DNA of 63,776 nt, counting the filler. It is 7 parts of 7 records of this genome, joined end to end, with 100 filler letters (N's around TTAATTAATTAA, not from the genome) between each part and the next. Parts side by side here need not be neighbours in the genome. Positions count along the whole stretch, not along the records: positions 1 to 26,812 come from SRR20825010_3875; 6 more parts are not named here. The stretch is one strand, 5' to 3'. Below, piece by piece: positions 9,473-18,577 of the stretch. The position numbers were made by a program, and so were the translations under genes. The notes beneath the pieces were generated by a model that ran no database searches, was not told where the DNA came from, and saw only the letters and a list, made by a program, of their open reading frames with translations. Every line of letters starts with the position of its first letter. Within the stretch, counting starts at the first letter, position 1.

Positions 9473-10354
9473 ATGGCTACTGAAAAGTATTACGTTCCCG
9501 AGAGCAGCCCCTGGCCGTTGACCGCGTCCATCGGCCTGTTCATGACCGCTATTGGCGGTGCAAATTTTATTCAGCAGAGCACCATGGCGGACATGGAGCC
9601 CAGTTTCTTTGGCAAGCCTCTGTTCTTCCTGGGCCTGACCTGGTTGCTGGTAGTGATCGCCCTGTGGTGGCGTGACACCGTCAATGAATCCGTTGGTGGT
9701 TTGCACAGCAATCAGCTGGGCGGTTCCTATCGTCAGGGCATGCTGTGGTTCATCTTTTCCGAAGTGATGTTCTTTGCGGCCTTCTTTGGCGCCATGTTCT
9801 ACACTCGCTGGCTGATCCTGCCGTGGTTGTCCGGGGAAGGCAGCAACGCCATGACCCACGAACTGCTGTGGCCGAACTTCCAGGCCATGTGGCCGCTGAC
9901 CGTGACCCCGGCGGGTGATACGACCCAGGCCATGGGCGCATGGGGGCTGCCGGCCATCAACACGGCTATCCTGCTGGTGTCGTCAATCACGCTGACTATC
10001 GCTCACCACGCCTTGCTGGAAGGTAAGCGCGGTACCCTGATCGCTTTCCAGGCGGCGACGGTGGTGTTGGGTATCATCTTCCTGTTCCTGCAGGTGGAAG
10101 AATACATCCACGCCTACACCGAGCTGGGTCTGACCCTGGATGCGGGTATCTACGGTAGCCTGTTCTTCCTGCTCACCGGTTTCCACGGTGCACACGTGAC
10201 CATCGGTACCATCTTCCTGTTTGTGACCCTGCTGCGTGTGATCAAAGGGCACTTTGATGAAGAGAACAATTTCGCCTGGGAAGCGGGTGCCTGGTACTGG
10301 CACTTCGTGGACGTGGTGTGGCTGTTCCTGTTTATCACGGTGTACTGGTTGTAA
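9473..10354 (+). CDS. coxC: Cytochrome c oxidase subunit III
   Basis: FIFSEVMFF, TGFHGAHV and WYWHFVDVVW motifs. Confidence 0.97.
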   Translation: MATEKYYVPESSPWPLTASIGLFMTAIGGANFIQQSTMADMEPSFFGKPLFFLGLTWLLVVIALWWRDTVNESVGGLHSNQLGGSYRQGMLWFIFSEVMFFAAFFGAMFYTRWLILPWLSGEGSNAMTHELLWPNFQAMWPLTVTPAGDTTQAMGAWGLPAINTAILLVSSITLTIAHHALLEGKRGTLIAFQAATVVLGIIFLFLQVEEYIHAYTELGLTLDAGIYGSLFFLLTGFHGAHVTIGTIFLFVTLLRVIKGHFDEENNFAWEAGAWYWHFVDVVWLFLFITVYWL

Positions 10355-10385
10355 GAGACGCGCTCGCGCGTCACGAGGCAACATG

Positions 10386-10419
10386 AAAAACCGCGCTCCG
10401 AAAGGAGCGCGGTTTTTTT
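10386..10419. terminator. Bidirectional intrinsic terminator
   Basis: AAAAA-CCGCGCTCC-GAAA-GGAGCGCGG-TTTTTTT between convergent genes. Confidence 0.9.
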
Positions 10420-10430
10420 GTGCCTACGGT

Positions 10431-10811
10431 TCAGCGACTAACGCTGATAATGGTGTGGGTCGCATCGACGATACGGATAACTTGTTCGGCGATAACTAAT
10501 TCAGTAATGCCGTTGCCAGGATGACGAATCCTGGCATGGGCAGGCAGGCGATAACGATAAAGGTGTAAATCACGAGGAAGCGTTTGGCCTGCCTGAGCAA
10601 AATGGTGCCAACCAGTGCCATAGCGAACAGGGGTGACATGAACTTGTTTAACCACGACAGTTGGTTTTTTATGCTGTCGCGTATACGCCTTGTGGTTATG
10701 CGCTTGCTTGGTCTGAACCTGGTTTTTAGCCCAGGGTGGCGGGTTGGCGAGGGCCTGGCTAGCCAAAAGGCTACTGATAATAAATGTGCCAGCAGCAATC
10801 CATTGTTTCAT
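10431..10811 (-). CDS. Secreted/periplasmic protein, RcnB-like
   Basis: Signal peptide (SQALA), His-rich linker and a GQTLP...RLP...VIRIVDATHTII tail. Confidence 0.55.
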   Translation of the reverse strand: MKQWIAAGTFIISSLLASQALANPPPWAKNQVQTKQAHNHKAYTRQHKKPTVVVKQVHVTPVRYGTGWHHFAQAGQTLPRDLHLYRYRLPAHARIRHPGNGITELVIAEQVIRIVDATHTIISVSR

Positions 10812-11068
10812 GATGGCCTCCTAATAGCCGGTTAAGAGGTCTTAGCGTAAGGGCAGAATGTGCAAACAACGCGAAGGCATTGTGAAAGCGAGGTAAGAGA
10901 TTGGAAGGCGTACCAAAGCTGGGGCTGGGCTGTTGTGCCGGTGTCAGCTGCGCTGATGCGCCGAGATCGGCAATCTTATTTGAGGTGATGGAACGTTGAG
11001 CCCCGCCTTATTTGGCGGGGCATTGGGCTGCTGAAACTAGCGGGAAGCCGCCCGTTCTGATTGTGAGA

Positions 11069-11728
11069 TCATCCGCCCAGTTGGCGACTGAGCCACTGGC
11101 CAATCTCACGAATCTGTTCCAGGCAGACCATGTGTTCCATGGGGTAGCTGTGATACTCGGGTTCCAGTCCCATTTCTTTGAGGCTGGCTACGGCGCGCTG
11201 GCCAAGCTGTTCCGGCACCATCGGGTCCATGCTGCCATGGCAGATCATTACCGGTAGTGAGGCGTTCGCGTTGCTGGGGCTCACCGGCATGGCCATATAG
11301 GTGGACAAGGTGAGCAGGCCGGCCAGCGGTTTGGGGTGGCGCAGGGCGGCCTGGTAGGCAACAGCGCCACCTTGTGAGAAACCCGCAATAATGATGCGTT
11401 CGCTGGGAATGCCACGGGCGATTTCCCGCTCAATGAGCGCATCTACCGCGTCCGCTGAGGCCAGCACGCCGGCTTCGTCCACTTTGCGGTCGATATTCAT
11501 GGCGAGGATGTCGTACCAGGCGGGCATGACCATGCCGCCATTGACGGTAACCGGGACCTGCGGGGCATGGGGGAAGATAAACCGCACGGGCAGGTCAGCA
11601 GGCAGCTGAAGCTCGGGGACAATGGGCTCAAAATCGTGACCGCTGGCGCCCAGGCCGTGCAGCCAGATCACACTGGCGGTGGCCTGGGCTGATGGTTCAA
11701 TTTCAACGCAGCGCAATAGATCACTCAT
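11069..11728 (-). CDS. Carboxylesterase / phospholipase (alpha/beta hydrolase)
   Basis: VIWLHGLGA, FIFPHAP, AWYDI and the GFSQG nucleophile elbow. Confidence 0.92.
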   Translation of the reverse strand: MSDLLRCVEIEPSAQATASVIWLHGLGASGHDFEPIVPELQLPADLPVRFIFPHAPQVPVTVNGGMVMPAWYDILAMNIDRKVDEAGVLASADAVDALIEREIARGIPSERIIIAGFSQGGAVAYQAALRHPKPLAGLLTLSTYMAMPVSPSNANASLPVMICHGSMDPMVPEQLGQRAVASLKEMGLEPEYHSYPMEHMVCLEQIREIGQWLSRQLGG

Positions 11729-11730
11729 GG

Positions 11731-14640
11731 TCAGTCTCCTCCCGAAACAATAATTCGCACGGCTTCAAGCTGGCAGCGCGCTTCGCCGAGGCACTTTTCC
11801 AAGGCGTGCGTCTGTGCTTCCAGGGCCTCCACTTCTTCATGGCGGACCGCCGGGTTTTTGGCTTGCAGGGCCTTCAGGCGGGCTAACTCATGGGCCTGTT
11901 CGGCACGCATCTTCTCCTGGGCTGCGGCAATAATGCTTTCTGCCTCTTTGCTGGCGCTGGCTTCGTCGGCTTTCAGCAATTTTTCCAGCAGGGGTTTCTG
12001 GCTGCCAACGATCTTGCGGCTAAGTGGCTTGTCCATCTTGTGGCATTGCTGGCTCAGTCCGTCGTGGCTGATGGCCTGGCTGATGTTCTTGCCATTGCCA
12101 TCGAGCAGGTGACGAATCACCGTGGTGGGCAGGAAACGGTCCGCCTGCAGTTGTTTGGGGGCGATCGCATCAACAGTATAGATGGCTTCGATCAGCAGGG
12201 TGCCAGCCTTGATCTTGGGATTTTTGAGCAGGCTGACGGCGGCTTTGCCACGATGCTCGGTGAGCATCATCTCCAGGCTGCCGGTGACCATGGGATGCTC
12301 CCAGGTCAGAAATTGCATGTCGTCACGGGCCAGTGCAGTGGCCCGATTGTCGGTCATGGTCACGCCTTCTTCGGGCAGGGCGGGGAACGCATCACGCATG
12401 TGCGGGCCGGGTTTGAGGATGATGGCCGTGTCGGAATGCTCTTCCTGCTCCACCCCGTAACGATCAAAGATGCGCTGCATGAACGGCAGAGGGCTGTCGT
12501 CATCGGCTGCGATCAGGCCGGTGATCAAGGTTTCGGCTCGTTCGCTGTCGAAGGAGCTCAGTTCCAGCAGGCGATCGCGGCCGGTCTCCAGTAGCGTATG
12601 CAGCTCATTGGTGATGATGCGGGTATCGTCGACCAGCGCTTCGATGGCGGTGTATTCCGGGTCCCCGGTCAGCAGTGGCTCCAGAGCGTCGCGGCTGCGC
12701 AGGTAAATGTCGTGGCCGGCCGGGTTGGTGTGCTCGAAGGCATTCATGCCGTCGTGATACCAGCGGAACAGCACCTCCTGAGCGTGCTGCTCGAAGTAGG
12801 GCACGTGAATCTGGATATCTTCGGTCTGGCCGATACGGTCCAGGCGACCGATACGCTGTTCCAGCAGGTCCGGGTTCAGGGGCAGGTCCAGCAGCACCAG
12901 ATGGTGGGCAAACTGGAAGTTACGGCCTTCGGAGCCGATTTCCGAGCAGATCAGGGCCTGGGCACCGTCGAAGTCATCGGCGAAAAAGGCGGCGGCCCGG
13001 TCCCGTTCGATCAGGTCCATGTCTTCATGGAACATCGCCACGTTCATGCCCAGCTTGTAGTTACAGTGGGCATGCAGGTCGGTGGCGGTGTGCCTGCTGG
13101 CGCAGATCACCAGCACCTTGTCGTGACGATGCTGCTTGAAAAAGTTTTCCAACCAGTTCACGCGAGGGTCCAGGCTACACCAGCGGTCATCGTGGAACAG
13201 GGTTTCCGGGTGCAGGTGGCCGTCAATTTCTTCGTCGCTGTCGTACTTGTATTCGTCCGGCAGCGTTAGCGGAATGCCGTGCACATGGCGGGCGGGAAAG
13301 CCGGCGATGTTGTGGCGGGTATTACGGAACATGACGCGGCCGGGGCCGGAGCGGTCCAGTAGTTCAGCCTGAATCTCTTCGCGGTTGACTTCGTCAATGT
13401 CCATATCCGGCAGCAGGGCGGCGGCTTCTTTTTTCAGTGCCGCATCCCAGCTGGGTTCGTCGTGCAATCGCCCGGCCAATGCCGCCACATCCTGATAATG
13501 GGCCTGCTCTTCCTTGAAGGCCTCCAGGCTGGGGTAGCGTTCCGGATCAAGCAGGCGCAGCCGGGCATAGTGGCTTTCCAGACCGAGCTGCTCGGGGGTG
13601 GCTGTCAGCAACAGCAAGCCTCGCGCTTGTTGGGCAATGGTTTCCACGCGCTGGTAATCGTCACTGGCCTGCTGCGCGGACCATTCCAGATGATGGGCTT
13701 CGTCGACCACCAGCAAATCCCAGTCGGCTGCGGCCAGTTGATCGATATCGCACTGGCTGAGGAAATCCGTGCTGCACAGAATCAGCTGTTCGCTGAGGAA
13801 CGGGTTGTCGTCACCGGAGGCGGCGCTGACATTGCCTGGCGTTTCGTCTGCGTCGTCGTCCGGGGCGTTTTCCTCTTCAATAATCTGCGCCAGCATGTCC
13901 TTGATGCTGGTTTCCGGCTGCAGGGCGTTAAGGCGCTCGGCATCAAAGATAGAGAAATGCAGATTGAAGCGGCGCACCATTTCCACAAACCATTGGTGCA
14001 CCAGCGGGGAGGGCACCACCACCAGTACCCGCTTGGCCCGGCCAGTGAGCAATTGTTGGTGCAGGATCAGGCCGGCTTCGATGGTTTTACCCAGGCCCAC
14101 TTCATCGGCAAGCAATACCCGCGGGGCAAAACGGTTGGCCACCTGGTCAGCGATATACAGCTGGTGGCCAATCAGGTCGATGCGCGGCCCGCGCAATCCC
14201 TTGATGGTGGATTGCTGTTGACGGCAATGGGCATTGAGGGCGTCGATACGCAGCTCAAACCAGCGATTGGAAGACAGCTGATTGGACAGCAGGCGATCCA
14301 GTGCGGCCGTCAGACGCAGGGTGTGACCCAGGTTGGTTTCCGGCACTGGCTGAATATCGTCCGGGCTGCCGTCCTTGGGGTGAGCCATGTAGACTTTGAG
14401 GCCGTTGAGCTCGTTGACCTCGGTGACCACCAGCTCCATTTCATCGGCGGTGCGGATGGTGTCGCCGCTGTCGAAGGTGACGCGGGACAACGGGGCATTG
14501 TTTTTTGCGTAGGTGCGCTCTTCCTCTACCGCCGGGTATTCCACGGTGACCAGTCGGTAATCCAATTCCTTGATGATGCCGAGGCCCAGTTCGGTTTCGG
14601 ATTCGCTCAGCCAGCGTTGGCCGGGGATAAAGTCAGTCAT
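11731..14640 (-). CDS. rapA: RNA polymerase-associated protein RapA (HepA)
   Basis: GQRWLSESETELGLG N-terminus; LLADEVGLGKT, DEAHH, SEIGSEGRNFQF and QRIGRLDRIGQ motifs. Confidence 0.97.
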   Translation of the reverse strand: MTDFIPGQRWLSESETELGLGIIKELDYRLVTVEYPAVEEERTYAKNNAPLSRVTFDSGDTIRTADEMELVVTEVNELNGLKVYMAHPKDGSPDDIQPVPETNLGHTLRLTAALDRLLSNQLSSNRWFELRIDALNAHCRQQQSTIKGLRGPRIDLIGHQLYIADQVANRFAPRVLLADEVGLGKTIEAGLILHQQLLTGRAKRVLVVVPSPLVHQWFVEMVRRFNLHFSIFDAERLNALQPETSIKDMLAQIIEEENAPDDDADETPGNVSAASGDDNPFLSEQLILCSTDFLSQCDIDQLAAADWDLLVVDEAHHLEWSAQQASDDYQRVETIAQQARGLLLLTATPEQLGLESHYARLRLLDPERYPSLEAFKEEQAHYQDVAALAGRLHDEPSWDAALKKEAAALLPDMDIDEVNREEIQAELLDRSGPGRVMFRNTRHNIAGFPARHVHGIPLTLPDEYKYDSDEEIDGHLHPETLFHDDRWCSLDPRVNWLENFFKQHRHDKVLVICASRHTATDLHAHCNYKLGMNVAMFHEDMDLIERDRAAAFFADDFDGAQALICSEIGSEGRNFQFAHHLVLLDLPLNPDLLEQRIGRLDRIGQTEDIQIHVPYFEQHAQEVLFRWYHDGMNAFEHTNPAGHDIYLRSRDALEPLLTGDPEYTAIEALVDDTRIITNELHTLLETGRDRLLELSSFDSERAETLITGLIAADDDSPLPFMQRIFDRYGVEQEEHSDTAIILKPGPHMRDAFPALPEEGVTMTDNRATALARDDMQFLTWEHPMVTGSLEMMLTEHRGKAAVSLLKNPKIKAGTLLIEAIYTVDAIAPKQLQADRFLPTTVIRHLLDGNGKNISQAISHDGLSQQCHKMDKPLSRKIVGSQKPLLEKLLKADEASASKEAESIIAAAQEKMRAEQAHELARLKALQAKNPAVRHEEVEALEAQTHALEKCLGEARCQLEAVRIIVSGGD

Positions 14641-14709
14641 TGTCGCTGCCGGTGATTGCTTGGGGGGCGAATTATACGGGTTTGTACGCCCCCCTTCGAT
14701 GGGTGAAAC

Positions 14710-15501
14710 CTATTGAATCTGATTTCGGAACCAGCGACGGGTGGCCTCATCGGCAGGGAAGTAATGTTCAATGCGCAGTTCTTCCATGACCACATCCAGC
14801 GCGGTGCCAAAACTGGCCAGGGTGGAGAAGCTCCGCAGCCGCTGGCCGGCAAGCTCGATGTCCAGGGCCATCATGGGGGCGCTGTGGTCATGACTGGTCG
14901 GCTGATGAAGCAAAGAGGGTACATCGGCCAGCTCCTCCAACCGGTCAAGCAATGCTGCCAGTGCCGGATCCGGTCGAGCTTGCTGGTCACGGTGCAGGCG
15001 GCGTAGCAGGAAGGCGGCAACCTCATCCCAGTTGCGCAGAAACGGCCGGTACCCCTGGGGATGGAACACCAGTTCGACCACATTGGCGGTTTGCGGAAAG
15101 GGGCCGCGTTCCTGAATCATCAGGCCCATCAGTCGCTGCTGGGCCTCATTGGCCATCAGCACATTCCAGTGGGCATCGAGGACGACAGCAGGCAGTGGAT
15201 CGTGGTTTGTGAGCATGACGGTCAGCGCTTCGCGCACTGGTGCCATGCTCTCACTGTGGAGGTCTGTCTCGGTGAAGGCCGGTGCGTAACCGGCCGCCAG
15301 CAGCAGTCGATTGGTATCCCGGCAGTTCAGCGCCATTTCCAGTGCCAGGCGCTTGAGCATGGCAGGGCTTGGCTGACTACGTCCGGTTTCGATAAAGCTC
15401 AGGTGCCGGCTGGAGACATCAGCCCGTAATGCCAGGTCCAGTTGGCTGAGGCGGCGGGCTTTTCGCAGTTCTGCAAGAATCTGACCGGTTCGCATCGGCA
15501 T
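14710..15501 (-). CDS. XRE-family HTH regulator with MmyB-like ligand-binding domain
   Basis: LSQLDLALRADVSSRHLSFIETGRS HTH; PAVVLDAHWNV and LRIEHYFPAD in the C-terminal domain. Confidence 0.88.
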   Translation of the reverse strand: MPMRTGQILAELRKARRLSQLDLALRADVSSRHLSFIETGRSQPSPAMLKRLALEMALNCRDTNRLLLAAGYAPAFTETDLHSESMAPVREALTVMLTNHDPLPAVVLDAHWNVLMANEAQQRLMGLMIQERGPFPQTANVVELVFHPQGYRPFLRNWDEVAAFLLRRLHRDQQARPDPALAALLDRLEELADVPSLLHQPTSHDHSAPMMALDIELAGQRLRSFSTLASFGTALDVVMEELRIEHYFPADEATRRWFRNQIQ

Positions 15502-15551
15502 TCTCTCTTTTCAGTGGCGGAGCAGCATGGGCAGGGCTGCCCGGGTTCGCC

Positions 15552-15568
15552 ATTACCTCTGAGGTAAT
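15552..15568. promoter_or_regulatory. Perfect palindrome, probable operator of the adjacent XRE regulator
   Basis: ATTACCTC-T-GAGGTAAT in the divergent intergenic region. Confidence 0.6.
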
Positions 15569-15661
15569 TGTTTCACTTCCTTGTTCGGTAGAGGGTGAAT
15601 CTATCACTAACCGGTCCGCGACGGTAATCCGCCGGGTGGGCCTGAAACCTGGAGGTGCAAC

Positions 15662-16069
15662 ATGCCCTGGACGTCACTCAAAAATGCCCTGTTATTCAAT
15701 GCTGCTTGTTCGGCACTGCTTGGGGCAGCGTTATTGCTGGCTCCTGATGTACTGGCATCGCTTATGGGGGAATTTAGTTCGCTTATACTGACAATCCTTG
15801 GTGGTACCTTGTTGTTTTTTGCGGCGGACGTGGCCTTTGTGGCGACGCGCCAGCCTGTTTCGCCGGGGCTGGCCAAGATGATCACGGTCGCGGATCTGGC
15901 CTGGGTGCTGGCAACCCCGGTAGTCATGTTGATGGGCGCGCCGTGGTTGTCATTCTGGGGGCATGTTCTGCTGCTGGATGTGGCACTGCTGGTGGCGTTT
16001 TGCGCCCTGTTACAGTGGCGTGGGCTGCAGCGACAAGTGCTGCAGGAACAGCAGGGGGCCGGCTCATGA
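15662..16069 (+). CDS. Hypothetical four-TM membrane protein
   Basis: GGAGG RBS and four hydrophobic segments; divergent from the XRE regulator. Confidence 0.75.
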   Translation: MPWTSLKNALLFNAACSALLGAALLLAPDVLASLMGEFSSLILTILGGTLLFFAADVAFVATRQPVSPGLAKMITVADLAWVLATPVVMLMGAPWLSFWGHVLLLDVALLVAFCALLQWRGLQRQVLQEQQGAGS

Positions 16070-16413
16070 TTGAAATTACCGCGTTGGCTTTTCTGTTGAT
16101 GGGGGTGGTGGCTCTGGTGTCGCCCCATTCAATAACGCGATGGGTGGCGATAACAACGCTGCCCGTGCCGGCCCGCAATGAGGTCCGCGCTGTGTATGGA
16201 GGTTATGGAGTGGCCATGGCTGTGCTGTTGGTGGTGTGCCGGGATCAGCCGCAATGGCGTGACGGGGTGGTGGTGACCCTGTCGATGGCTTTGCTGGGCA
16301 TGGCGGTTGGCCGGTTGCTGTCCTGGTTGGTGGATCGCCGCCTGGATCGTTACCCCGCCTTGTTCATGGTAATAGAAATCGTTCTCGGGCTGGGGTTGCT
16401 GATCTCGCTTTAA
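16066..16413 (+). CDS. DUF4345-like membrane protein
   Basis: RNEVRAVYGG and GRLLSW..D motifs; ATGA overlap with the upstream gene. Confidence 0.75.
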   Translation: MIEITALAFLLMGVVALVSPHSITRWVAITTLPVPARNEVRAVYGGYGVAMAVLLVVCRDQPQWRDGVVVTLSMALLGMAVGRLLSWLVDRRLDRYPALFMVIEIVLGLGLLISL

Positions 16414-16472
16414 CCGAAAGGGCTAATTTACGGTATGCTCTTGTTACCAGTTGTAGTCACGGTGCTGAGCTA

Positions 16473-16652
16473 ATGGGCGATATTCTGCTGTTCAAAAAAC
16501 CGCAAAAGAAAACGCCAAGAAAAGGCATGTGTCAGCATGACTTTCACAAGTGGGTGGTCTGCAAGGAAAAGCAGTTTGACGTGAAGCAGGGAAAGCTGGT
16601 CACGGTTTATCGTTGTGACCGCTGCGGCAAAGAGAAAGTGAAAGCGCACTAA
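16473..16652 (+). CDS. Small Cys/His zinc-ribbon-like protein (59 aa; not in the ORF track)
   Basis: Hand translation: MGDILLFKKPQKKTPRKGMCQHDFHKWVVCKEKQFDVKQGKLVTVYRCDRCGKEKVKAH; fills the gap between co-directional genes. Confidence 0.7.
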   Translation: MGDILLFKKPQKKTPRKGMCQHDFHKWVVCKEKQFDVKQGKLVTVYRCDRCGKEKVKAH

Positions 16653-16665
16653 CCGGGTAACCCTG

Positions 16666-16857
16666 ATGCTTGAAATGCGATCCAGTTGTGAAAGCTGCCA
16701 GTGTCCGCTGGCGGCCGATGCAGAAGCCTATATCTGCTCCTATGAATGCACCTACTGTGTGGACTGCTGCACTATCCACGCAAGCCGTTGCCCCAATTGT
16801 CAGGGTGAGCTGGTGAAACGCCCGCGCCGTCAGGAGGCCAGTAATGAAAGCGGCTGA
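16666..16857 (+). CDS. DUF1272 family Cys-rich protein
   Basis: MLEMRxxCExC...ICSYECTYCxxC...CPNCxGELVxRPRR pattern. Confidence 0.85.
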   Translation: MLEMRSSCESCQCPLAADAEAYICSYECTYCVDCCTIHASRCPNCQGELVKRPRRQEASNESG

Positions 16858-17704
16858 GCAAATTTCTCTGCCTGGCGGCGCAGGTTATACCCTGCCGGTA
16901 AACTGGTACCCGGCAGAAAGCGCTCGTGGATCGGTAATTTTAATGGCAGCGCTGGGTATGGGCGCGCGCTTCTATCAGCCATTGGCTCAGGCACTTCAGG
17001 CCGCTGGCCTGAACGTGGCCTTAGTGGAGCAGCGCGGCCATGGCGACAGCCCCTGGCGCCCATCGCGGGACTGTGACTGGGGCTTTCGTGAGCCCCTGGT
17101 CAATGAGATTCCGGTGGCCCTGGATTGGGTGAAAAGCCGTTCTTCGGGGGTGCCGGTTTATCTTATGGGGCACTCGTTGGGTGGGCATTATGCGGCCATG
17201 GCGGCCGGCGTCTATGGTGCACAAATTGACGGCATTATTTTGGCGGCCTGTGGCAGCCCCTGGTTGGGCGGTTTTGCCGGTGCAACCCGCCGCAAACTCA
17301 AATTCCTCTGCGCCATGATCCCGCCGGCTTCGGCATTACTGGGTTACTACCCCGGTGACAGATTGGGGTTCGGTGGTCGCGAAGCCAGGACCTTGATGCA
17401 GGATTGGCTGGCCCTGGCGAAAACCAATCGCTATCAGGCCAATGGTTTCAGTGAGGATCTGGATTGCGGTATCGCGCAATACACAGGGCCAGTGCTGAGT
17501 CTGCGTATGGCGGATGATGCCTTCGCGCCACCAATGTCCGTGGATGCGGTAACGGAAAAATTCATCACGGCCACGGTGAGTAGCGTGCTACTGGATGCAC
17601 AAACACTGGGAGACCGCGCAGACCACTTTCGCTGGGTGCGTTCTCCGGCGGCCACGGTGCAGCAGATTGTTCGCTGGCACGAAAAACAACAGAGCGGGAA
17701 GTAA
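16844..17704 (+). CDS. Alpha/beta fold hydrolase
   Basis: GHSLGG elbow, EQRGHGDS, C-terminal DD and HF catalytic positions. Confidence 0.85.
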   Translation: MKAAEQISLPGGAGYTLPVNWYPAESARGSVILMAALGMGARFYQPLAQALQAAGLNVALVEQRGHGDSPWRPSRDCDWGFREPLVNEIPVALDWVKSRSSGVPVYLMGHSLGGHYAAMAAGVYGAQIDGIILAACGSPWLGGFAGATRRKLKFLCAMIPPASALLGYYPGDRLGFGGREARTLMQDWLALAKTNRYQANGFSEDLDCGIAQYTGPVLSLRMADDAFAPPMSVDAVTEKFITATVSSVLLDAQTLGDRADHFRWVRSPAATVQQIVRWHEKQQSGK

Positions 17705-17784
17705 GAGGGGAGGCCGGGCAGCGGATTCGCATCGTGACCCCCTTCTGGTCTCATCTTCATTTACCCGAATAAGAGGGTGCCTTC

Positions 17785-18522
17785 ATGGCCATCGTGTTGC
17801 ATCAGTTCCCCATTTCACACTACTGCGAAAAAGTCCGTTGGGCCCTGGATTACAAGGGACTGCAATACCGGCTGAAAAACCACCTTCCTGGTTTGCACCT
17901 CAAAAAAATGAAAGCGGTGGCGCCGTTCAGCAGTGTGCCGGTGCTGGAGCACGACGGGCACTACGTGCAAGGGTCTGCGGCGATTATCAGCTATCTGGAT
18001 ACGCAGTTCCCGGCACGCACGCTAACCCCGCAGGCACCGGAGGACCGGGAGGAGGCATTACGCTGGGAAACGTTTTGCGATGACAACATCGGGCCCCATG
18101 TGCGCCGCTATTGTTATCACACCTTGCTGGATCATCCCGATCTGGTGATTCCCTTTTTCGCCCAAGGGGGCCCTTTCTGGGGTAAACCGTTTCTGCGGGT
18201 GATTTTTCCCAAACTGCAGGGGGGAATGCGCAAGGCAATGCAAATTCGCGAGCCCCATGTAAGCGACAGTCGTGTGGCACTGGAGCAGTCTATTCAGACC
18301 CTGGTGCAGGCTTACCAGGGGCGCACCTACCTGGTGGGCGAGCAATTCTCACGGGCAGACCTGGCGGCGGCCAGCTTGCTGGCCCCGCTGTTCATGCCGC
18401 CGCAGTATGGGCTGAAGTGGCCGTCGGTCATGCCGGAGCCCTTGCAGAGCTGGGTGAACCAGCAAGAGGGATACCTTGCTCCTTATCGACGCTTTTATCA
18501 GGAGGAAAGGGCTCACGTCTGA
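17785..18522 (+). CDS. Glutathione S-transferase family protein
   Basis: SHYCEKVRWALD, SVPVL and YLVGEQFSRADL motifs. Confidence 0.9.
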   Translation: MAIVLHQFPISHYCEKVRWALDYKGLQYRLKNHLPGLHLKKMKAVAPFSSVPVLEHDGHYVQGSAAIISYLDTQFPARTLTPQAPEDREEALRWETFCDDNIGPHVRRYCYHTLLDHPDLVIPFFAQGGPFWGKPFLRVIFPKLQGGMRKAMQIREPHVSDSRVALEQSIQTLVQAYQGRTYLVGEQFSRADLAAASLLAPLFMPPQYGLKWPSVMPEPLQSWVNQQEGYLAPYRRFYQEERAHV

Positions 18523-18577
18523 TGCTTCAAGCTCTTTATGAGCCGCTGCGAGGCTAACTTCTGGGTGGCTTGGTTCA

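Noticed and set aside
13462..14655. 397-aa plus-strand ORF
   Set aside because: Antisense to rapA.
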